36,913 bases of DNA, taken from assembly GCA_900553965.1 (NCBI GenBank), contig USFX01000001.1, forward strand, positions 1 through 36,913, in the 5' to 3' direction. Positions 29,242-36,913 of the stretch are shown here, piece after piece (position 1 is the stretch's first letter; every line of letters starts with the position of its first letter). Both the position numbers and the translations under genes were made by a program. The DNA comes from an uncultured Prevotella sp. (GTDB lineage: Bacteria; Bacteroidota; Bacteroidia; Bacteroidales; Bacteroidaceae). The notes under the pieces are model-generated. The model was not told where the DNA came from and did no database searches. It was given only the letters and a program-made list of their open reading frames with translations.

Positions 29242-29824
29242 AGGTCTGAGTATAATATATAGCACTGTTTTGCTATGTTGCTGTTTTATATGCTTTTTGA
29301 CGTCGTGTAGAAATGCAAATGAAATTATAGTCTATTATAAAACAGGATTCGTAGAGTCTCCTATCTCAAAATCATTTGAAGACTTTGAGGATGATGTATG
29401 CAATCATCCTGCAGACACTGTTATATTTATAAAATCAGAGACTTTTGACAGATATTATTCTGTAATAAGGGAACTACAATTTATAGATGGTGATTCTGAA
29501 AATATTCACGATTATTCTATCAATATTAAATGTGATGACAAGAATATAGCAATACCTTTTCCCGTACCTGATTCCTTAAACGAAAAAATCATTGTATTCT
29601 CAGGACAAAGAAATAAAGGTGATATAAAAGCTTTTGACTTGTATCATCTGTTATGTTCCACGAGATATTTTGACTTCTTTACGAAAGAAGACTTGGCATA
29701 TCATCCTTTGATAAAAAAGTACCAAGTTCCTTCAGATTATAATTATTACTGGAAAGAAAGCTCAAACACAGCTGTACCTCTAAAGATAAAGTCAAGATAT
29801 AAAGTAATATTAAGACCGGAATAA
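29192..29824 (+). CDS. Putative immunity lipoprotein
   Basis: Hydrophobic stretch ending FLTSC (lipobox); overlaps the toxin 3' end; equally AT-rich. The start may be 29165 or 29192. Confidence 0.65.
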   Translation: MEQLTKQLVQYRQKVNKGLSIIYSTVLLCCCFICFLTSCRNANEIIVYYKTGFVESPISKSFEDFEDDVCNHPADTVIFIKSETFDRYYSVIRELQFIDGDSENIHDYSINIKCDDKNIAIPFPVPDSLNEKIIVFSGQRNKGDIKAFDLYHLLCSTRYFDFFTKEDLAYHPLIKKYQVPSDYNYYWKESSNTAVPLKIKSRYKVILRPE

Positions 29825-29932
29825 ATCTGTTAGTGTGATGAGGATGTATTCAGCTGGGAGTTTTATATACATGGTTCATCTTAAAGTCACCGCAATTTTC
29901 GCTAATCGCTGTCATCTACAGATGATTATAAC

Positions 29933-30583
29933 TTACGCTAACTTAGAATTCTCCAGTTTTTTGGGACAAATCAGTTCCAGGCCGCATTTGTCACAATGTG
30001 GTTTCCGCGATGTGCATACGTATCTTCCGTGGAGCAGCAGCCAGTGGTGGGCTCTCGGAATGTCGGCTTCCGGGATGTGCTTCAGCAGTTCCTGTTCTAC
30101 TTTCTGGGGCGTGTCGGCCTTTGCCGGGACCAGTCCAAGACGGCGGCTGACGCGGAACACGTGCGTGTCAACGGCCATTGTTGACTTTCCGAAAGCGACC
30201 GATTGTATCACGTTGGCCGTTTTCCGTCCAACGCCGGGCAGGTCCAGAAGGTCGTTCATGTCCGACGGAACCTCACCGCCGTGTTTTTCTGTCAGCACCT
30301 GCGCCATGGCAACCAGATGTTTTGCCTTGGCGTTGGGATAAGAAACGCTCTTGATGTATTCCAGCACATCGTCGACATCGGCATCGGCCATTTCCTTTGC
30401 CGTCGGATAGCGCCGGAACAGTTCCGGGGTGACCTGATTGATGCGCTTGTCCGTACATTGGGCGCTGAGCACGACGGCGACAAGCAGCTGGAAAATGCTT
30501 CCGAACTCAAGTTCCGTGTTCACTTCCGGCATTTCACGTCTGAAGTATTCCAATATGCGGCTGTATCTCTCTTCCTTTTTCAT
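29933..30583 (-). CDS. nth: Endonuclease III
   Basis: LSAQCTD, HhH LPGVGRKTA, AVDTHV and the C-x6-C-x2-C-x5-C Fe-S motif. TAATTTTG promoter element at 30609-30616 (minus). Confidence 0.96.
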   Translation of the reverse strand: MKKEERYSRILEYFRREMPEVNTELEFGSIFQLLVAVVLSAQCTDKRINQVTPELFRRYPTAKEMADADVDDVLEYIKSVSYPNAKAKHLVAMAQVLTEKHGGEVPSDMNDLLDLPGVGRKTANVIQSVAFGKSTMAVDTHVFRVSRRLGLVPAKADTPQKVEQELLKHIPEADIPRAHHWLLLHGRYVCTSRKPHCDKCGLELICPKKLENSKLA

Positions 30584-30760
30584 CTTTCAGCATGATTTTT
30601 TTGCACGGCAAAATTAAGGAAAAACGATGGAAAAAACGAATAAAGACAGGTTTATTATTCTGTTGTAGTACGGCTCTTTCATTTAACTTGCGATTCAAAC
30701 CGTTCGGGGAATCTTCCGAACGGCTATGAATTTGCAATTCAAATCTTGCAGACCGATTCT

Positions 30761-30848
30761 GTTACATGGCTCATGTAACGGTCTTACACGGCCCAAGTAA
30801 CGTTGTTACGCGGCCCGTGTAACAACGTTACGTGAGCCGTGTAATACA
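30761..30848. repeat. Four tandem 22-bp palindromic units
   Basis: gttacatggctcatgtaacggt / cttacacggcccaagtaacgtt / gttacgcggcccgtgtaacaac / gttacgtgagccgtgtaataca. Confidence 0.85.
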
Positions 30849-30973
30849 AACAGCGTAAAACGTCTGCCATTCAGGTTCGCGACAGAAGCGTTGTGCTTCT
30901 ATCTTGAATAGATAAGGAAACGTCGCTGTCAGCCAGTCGTTGTTCATGCCACCATATTAAAAAGCTTTCCCCG

Positions 30974-31783
30974 TTATATACCTTTTCTCCTGTATTCAGA
31001 CATTGAAATTCCGGTCTGTTTGCGGAAGAAGCGGCACATGTATGACGTATCGGGAAAATGGAGTTGAAGAGCTATCTGTTCTGCGGTAAGAGTCGTATTG
31101 CGCAGGAGATATTTCATTTCCAGCGTTACATATCGGTCTATTGCCTGTTTGGGTGTCTCGTCGCATATCTTGCGCACGATCATTGCCAGATAGTTCGGGG
31201 TGATGCAAAGCTTGTCGGCGTAGTAAGCCGTGTTGCGGTGTTCTCTGAAATTATCGAAAATGAGGTTATAGAATTTCATGCAGATGAAGTCCGCCGGGTT
31301 CTTGTCGTCTTTCAGAGGCAGACTGTTATAATGGCGTTTCCATTTCTCGTAATAATCAAGTGTGAAGGCGCGCAGCAGACTTGAAAGAATGTTCAGTCGT
31401 GATGAATCCGTATGGTCATCGGATATGTTCCGCAACAGATCCAGCCATACGTTCATGGAGTCTCCAACGGGCAGTATCGGAGCTTTGTATATGGCGTCAT
31501 AGAAGCCGTTCGGGATGTCGTAAAGCGCTTTCTCGGCGAAGTCTCTGTCCGTCAGCCAATAGAACGCCGTGAAGGTTTCCGACCGTGACGTAAAGGCCGG
31601 AAACATGTCCGGCGGGATGACGGCCATCATTCCTTGGCGGAAAGCGTGACTTCTGAATTGCAGTTTCAGTTCCGCCTCTCCCGCAAGGCAATAGATGATG
31701 ATATAGGCCGGGAGATGGCTTTCCCACCACGGCGTGAACCCGCTCATGTCTGATTTTCCTATGAGGCAACAGTTATGTTCCAT
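30974..31783 (-). CDS. AraC-family transcriptional regulator
   Basis: YYADKLCITPNYL and IALQLHFPDTSYMCRFFRKQTGISMSEYR; divergent from the efflux operon. TAATTTTG at 31904-31911 (minus). Confidence 0.93.
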   Translation of the reverse strand: MEHNCCLIGKSDMSGFTPWWESHLPAYIIIYCLAGEAELKLQFRSHAFRQGMMAVIPPDMFPAFTSRSETFTAFYWLTDRDFAEKALYDIPNGFYDAIYKAPILPVGDSMNVWLDLLRNISDDHTDSSRLNILSSLLRAFTLDYYEKWKRHYNSLPLKDDKNPADFICMKFYNLIFDNFREHRNTAYYADKLCITPNYLAMIVRKICDETPKQAIDRYVTLEMKYLLRNTTLTAEQIALQLHFPDTSYMCRFFRKQTGISMSEYRRKGI

Positions 31784-32195
31784 TATGTTCTGTTCGCTTG
31801 ATTGGTGATGTTCGCTTTATTTGTGATTTCTGTCAGCAATTATGGCGCTGGCCGGATGTGCTCAGGCTTATGATGAGTTTGCTGAGGTTCCGCGAGCCGT
31901 TTGCAAAATTACACATAAATCGCGACAATTCGATACAGGCAGAACCGTGAAGTTGTCTTTTGCCTGAATAAAGGCGGATGAAAAAGCGTGTTGTTCCGCT
32001 GGCTTTTATGAAAAATACCCATTCCCTTATAATTCTGAAACCGGCTCCTTGTGAGAAAAGTCCGACCTTTGCACCCGCATTTCGGAAGACTAACAGCCGG
32101 ACGTCATCGCGTATGGCGGCTCCGGGCGACGGCCGTTTGCACACACATAATATATAGTATATATCAATGAGACAATAAAAACATATTTAGGATTT

Positions 32196-33311
32196 ATGAA
32201 GAAACTCTTTTTAAGCATGCCATTCCTCTGTGCGCTGTTGCTTTCGGCTTGCCGTCAGCAGACGCCGGAGCAGGAAGACGTGACGTATTCGGTCATGACC
32301 ATCGGCCGGAGCGATGTGACGCTGGAAGAACCTTATTCCGCTTCCATACAGGGACGACAGGATATCGAGATATATCCGCAGGTGTCGGGAACGGTTCAGA
32401 AAGTCTGTGTCAAGGAGGGACAGGCCGTGAAGCGGGGCGAATTGCTGTTCGTCATCGATCAGGTTCCCTATCGTGCGGCCCTGCGTACGGCCGTGGCCAA
32501 TGTCCGTTCGGCAGAAGCGCAGGTTCAGACAGCCCGTCTGACATACGAGAGCAAGCAAATTCTTTTCCGGGAGAAGGTCATCTCCGACTACGACCTTTCC
32601 ACAGCCCGCAATGAGCTTTCCGTTGCCGAAGCGGCGCTGGAACAGGCCCGGGCGCAGGAGACCGGCGCGCGCAACGACCTTTCCTATACGGAGGTCCGTA
32701 GTCCGGCCGACGGCGTGATAGGTACAATCCCTTACCGCGTCGGCGCGCTGGTCAGCTCCGATTCGGCCCAGCCGTTGACTTCCGTGTCGGACAATTCGGA
32801 GGTGTATGTCTATTTCTCCATGTCCGGCCAGAAGTTGCAGTCGCTGGTGCGCCGCTACGGTTCGATAGGCAACATGATAGACTCAATGCCGGCCGTGAGA
32901 CTGCGCCTGGGCGACGGCAGTCTCTATGAGCAGGAAGGGCGCATCGAGAGCGTCAGCGGAGTGTTGGACAGACAGACGGGAAGCGGTTCGCTGCGCGCCG
33001 TGTTCCCCAATGCCGACCGGGTGTTGCTGAGCGGCACGACCGGCAACGTGATTATCCCTCAGACACTGCGCGGTGTCGTTTCCATCCCGCAGGACGCTGT
33101 GTATGAACTTCAGGACAAGCTGTTTGTCTATAAGGTCGTGAACGGAAAGGCCGTGTCGACCCCCATCGTGGTCAATCCCGTGAACGACGGCGTCCGCTAT
33201 GCCGTCACGTCCGGTCTGCGGCCCGGCGATGTCATTGTGACCACGGGTGTCGGACTGCTCAACAATGGCGATGCCGTGACCGTGTCGGAAACAAAGAAAG
33301 GAGGAAAGTGA
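32196..33311 (+). CDS. RND efflux periplasmic adaptor (MFP), lipoprotein
   Basis: Lipobox LLSAC, IYPQVSG..VKEGQAVKRGELLFVID, YTEVRSPADG and AVFPNAD. Confidence 0.93.
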   Translation: MKKLFLSMPFLCALLLSACRQQTPEQEDVTYSVMTIGRSDVTLEEPYSASIQGRQDIEIYPQVSGTVQKVCVKEGQAVKRGELLFVIDQVPYRAALRTAVANVRSAEAQVQTARLTYESKQILFREKVISDYDLSTARNELSVAEAALEQARAQETGARNDLSYTEVRSPADGVIGTIPYRVGALVSSDSAQPLTSVSDNSEVYVYFSMSGQKLQSLVRRYGSIGNMIDSMPAVRLRLGDGSLYEQEGRIESVSGVLDRQTGSGSLRAVFPNADRVLLSGTTGNVIIPQTLRGVVSIPQDAVYELQDKLFVYKVVNGKAVSTPIVVNPVNDGVRYAVTSGLRPGDVIVTTGVGLLNNGDAVTVSETKKGGK

Positions 33312-33312
33312 C

Positions 33313-35715
33313 ATGAACCTGCGATTCTTTATCGACCGTCCGGTCTTCTCCATTGTCATCTCCGTCGTCATAGTCCTGCTGGGCATCATCTCCCTGGCGG
33401 GCCTTCCGGTGGAGCAGTATCCCGACATAGCTCCGCCGACCGTTCAGGTGACGACATCATATCCCGGAGCCAACGCAGAAACCGTCCAGAAGGCCGTCAT
33501 CATTCCGTTGGAAGAGGCAATCAACGGCGTTGAGAACATGAGTTACATCCATTCGGAAGCGTCCAACACGGGCGACGTGACGGTGAATGTCTATTTCCGT
33601 CAGGGAACCGACGCCGACATGGCCGCGGTCAACGTCCAGAACCGCGTCTCGAAAGCCCAGGGACTGCTCCCGGCGGAAGTGACCAAAATCGGTGTACAGA
33701 CCCAAAAGCAGCAGAAGTCGCTGCTGAAGGTCGTCGCCCTTTATAGCCCGGACGACACCTACGACATGCAGTTCATCAACAACTACATGAAAATCAACGT
33801 TGAGCCCCGCGTGAAGCGTATCGCCGGAGTGGGAGAGTTCAACGTGCTGGCTTCGAACTACTCCATGCGTATATGGCTGAAGCCGGACGTGCTTGCACAG
33901 TACAGGCTCATACCGTCAGATGTGACCGACGCCCTCGAACGGCAGAACCTAGAATCGGCGACGGGCTCATTCGGCGAGAACCATGCCAACACATACGAAT
34001 ATACAATCAAATACCGCGGCCGTTTCTCCACACCGGAAGAGTTCGGGAACATCGTCATCCGTTCGCTCGGCAACGGCGAGATATTGTGTCTGAAGGACAT
34101 CGCCCGTGTGGAGTTGGGAGACGAGGCTTACACCTACCGTGCGATGACGGACGGTCACGCCGGATGTATAGCCGAGGCATATCAGAGTGCCGGCTCGAAT
34201 GCGACGGAAGTCGTCCGGAACATCGATGCGCTGATCGACGAAATCGGTGAGGAGCTGCCGGAAGGTCTTGAGTTCGCCAGCCTGCTGAGCGTCAACGACT
34301 TTCTTTTCGCGTCCATAGAGAATGTGCTGTGGACACTGATAGAGGCCATCCTGCTGGTCGTCTATGTCTTTCTTCAGGACATACGCTCCACCCTCATACC
34401 CACCATCTCCATCATCGTCTCGCTTGTCGGAACGTTCGCGTTCATGGCCGTGGCGGGCTTCTCCATCAACCTGCTGACGCTGTTCGCCCTTGTGCTTGCC
34501 ATCGGTACGGTGGTCGACAACGCCATTGTGGTTGTTGAGGCCGTACAAGCCAAGTTCGACGCCGGCTATTACTCGTCGTACATGGCCACGAACGAAGCCA
34601 TGTCGGGCATAACGGCGGCCATAATCACCTCAACGCTCGTCTTCATGGCCGTCTTCATTCCCGTCTCGATGATGGGCGGTACGTCCGGCGTGTTCTACAC
34701 CCAGTTCGGAATTACGATGGCCGTTGCCGTCGGACTGTCGGCCGTCAATGCCCTGACGCTGTCTCCGGCCCTTTGCGCGCTGCTGCTCCGGCCGTACATT
34801 GATGCCGAAGGCAAGCCGAAGACCGGTTTCGCGGCCCGCTTCCGCAAGGCTTTCAATGCCGCCTTCGATGTGATTGTGAAGAGATATGTCCGTGGCGTCA
34901 TCTACTTCTGCCGCCACAGGGCGGTCACATGGGGGCTGCTCGCCTCGGCAGTCGTGCTGCTCGTCGTGCTGATGCGCACGACAAAGACCGGACTCGTTCC
35001 CGACGAAGATACGGGAACGGTGATGGTCAGCATCAACACCAAGCCGGGGTCGTCGCTCCACCGCACGACCCGGATACTGGCGCAGCTGGAAAAGGAAATC
35101 CAGCAGATGCCGCAGGTGAGACACTACGCCACCGTATCGGGATATTCGCTGAGCGGTTCGGGAGCCAGTGCTGGACTTATAATCATCTCCCTGCGCGACT
35201 GGTCGGAACGGAAGGGCCGGGAGGATGATGTCCAGTCGGTCATCGGCCGCATAAACTCTCTCTCACGGGACATTCCGGACGCGCAGCTGTTCGCCGCCGC
35301 TCCTCCGATGATCAACGGCTATGGCATGGTGAACGGTTTCGAACTTCATGTCCAGGACCGTAACGGCCGTCCGGTCACGGGGCTTGACAAGACCGTCAAG
35401 GATTTTGTCGCGTCACTGAACGGGCGACAGGAGATAGAATCGGCCTACACTGCTTTCTCGGCTGACTATCCTCAATATACGCTGGACATTGACGCCGCAC
35501 AGTGTGAACGTTCCGGGCTTTCTCCGGCGGACGTGCTGGCTACGGTCTCCGGCTACTACGGCGGCCAGTATGTCTCCAACTTCAACCGCTTCTCCAAGCT
35601 CTACCGCGTCATGATACAGGCAGAGCCGGACAGCCGCGTGTCGCCGGAGTCGCTGAACCATATCTACGTCCGCACGGGCAACGGCGAAATGGCGCCTGTC
35701 AGCCAGTTCGCCCGT
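33313..35715 (+). pseudogene. HAE1-type RND permease, truncated at about residue 800 and fused in frame to an outer-membrane factor
   Basis: FIDRPVF, EQYPDIAPP, LAIGTVVDNAIVVVE and ALTLSPALCALLL are present; RND similarity stops after GEMAPVSQFAR and the last TM bundle is absent. Confidence 0.88.
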
Positions 35716-36840
35716 ATGCAGATAGAGGAGGCGGAGGCGTCGCTGATGAACGCCCGTCTTTCTTATCTGCCGTCACTCTCGCTGTCTCCCGAGGCCGGCG
35801 TCAGCCGCTACGACGGGACAACGGCGAGGACATATAATATCGCGGCTTCGGCGAGTTGGGAACTGGACATCTTCGGACGGAACACCAACGTCAAGCGCGC
35901 CGCCGCTGCGGCTCTTCACGGCAGCCGTGACTATGCCCAGGCCGTTCAGACGCAGCTGATAGCGACCATCGCCAACAGCTATTATACGCTGCTTATGCTT
36001 GACGCCCAGAGGGAAATAGGGGAGCGTACCGTGAAGAACTGGGAGCAGACGATACGGACGATGGAGGCTCTGAAACAGGCCGGACAGACGAACGATGCCG
36101 CCGTGCTGCAGGCGCGCGCCAACAAAATGCAGCTCGAAGCGTCGCTTCTCTCCATCGGCAGGAGCATCACGGAAACGGAGAATGCCCTTTCGGCTCTGCT
36201 GGCCTTGCCGTCGCAGACCGTTGAGCGCGGCTCTCTGGCGTCGGCCGTATTTCCGGACCATCTTTCCGCCGGGCTTCCAGTGGCGTTGCTCGCCAACCGC
36301 CCCGACGTCCGTTAGGCTGAGCGCTCTCTGGCACAGGCTTTCTACAGGACCAACGCCGCCCGCTCCGCTTTCTATCCGGCTCTGACGTTGTCCGGTTCGG
36401 CCGGATGGACGAACAACGGCGGCGGTGTGGTCGTCAATCCCGGGAAGTGGCTGCTGAACGCCGTCGGTTCGCTGACGCAGCCGATATTCAATAAGGGAGC
36501 GAACGTCGCCAACTTGAAAATAGCAAAGGCACAACAGGAGGAGGCCCTGCTGAAATTCCGCCAGTCACTGCTGGACGCTGGAAAGGAGGTGAACGACGCG
36601 CTGACACAGTGGCAGACGGCGCATCAGAGCATTGACCTCGGTGCACGACGGATAGAGACGCTTCGGGCGGCCGTCAGCAAGACGGAGATGCTCATGCGCC
36701 ATTCCTCGGCCAACTATCTGGAAGTGCTCACGGCGCAGCAGTCGCTGCTGGATTGTGAGCAGACTCAGGCGCAGAACCGGTTTGACGAGATTCAGGGGGT
36801 GATAAATCTCTATCGTGCCCTCGGCGGCGGCCAGTTCTGA
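35716..36840 (+). pseudogene. TolC/NodT-family outer-membrane factor lacking its N-terminus and with an in-frame TAG
   Basis: YLPSLSL, SWELDIFG, LLANRPDVR*AERSL (TAG 36313-36315), continuing in frame to LTQPIF, YLEVLTAQQSL and LYRALGGG. Confidence 0.88.
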
Positions 36841-36913
36841 CATTGCGGAGAAACTGAAGGTCCATCCGGATATCATAGGTAAGATGGTGGTCTTTTCTTT
36901 ATTGTAGAGTCAG

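Noticed and set aside
27160..29932. Island as an autonomous mobile element
   Set aside because: I found no integrase, transposase, tRNA target or flanking direct repeats; only base composition suggests foreign origin.
30761..30848. CRISPR array
   Set aside because: Units are adjacent and degenerate with no unique spacers, and no cas genes are visible.
36313..36315. TAG recoding or programmed readthrough
   Set aside because: TAG ends ordinary genes here (3419 and 17007) and the locus is already disrupted, so a point nonsense mutation is simpler.
78..36876. Many long antisense or alternative-frame ORFs (e.g. 78-992, 1575-2753, 6656-7672, 7695-8741, 11620-12807, 21234-22259, 24450-25574)
   Set aside because: They are shadows of well-supported genes in GC-rich DNA and carry no recognisable motifs.
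1..36913. tRNA, rRNA or riboswitch genes
   Set aside because: None was recognisable by eye; a covariance-model search would be needed to exclude them.

Overview
Chromosomal window from a GC-rich Bacteroidota genome, most likely Prevotellaceae (inferred from TAnnTTTG promoters, A-rich leaders without Shine-Dalgarno and gene content). It contains a clostripain-like lipoprotein, GH25 muramidase, a hexuronate/KDG cluster (uxaA, LacI regulator, kdgK, eda), a large atypical sensor kinase with a frameshift plus its response regulator, flavodoxin, a porin-PII-Amt ammonium uptake operon, mazG, rnz, an ECF sigma operon with an L,D-transpeptidase, nth, and an AraC-linked RND efflux operon that is broken by an RND::TolC in-frame fusion and a nonsense codon. 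Two signals stand out. (1) An AT-rich three-gene island (27.5-29.8 kb) encodes a secreted Cys-His-Glu transglutaminase/papain-like protein, a shell-less mini-Rhs toxin (Sec signal peptide fused directly to the Rhs PYxYCxNNPxxxxDPDG motif and an HExxH metallopeptidase) and an overlapping lipoprotein immunity candidate. (2) A roughly 550-bp non-coding element occurs twice in inverted orientation and is built on 22-bp units; several other periodic or palindromic intergenic repeat families are also present. All family assignments are from motif recognition by eye; no searches were run.
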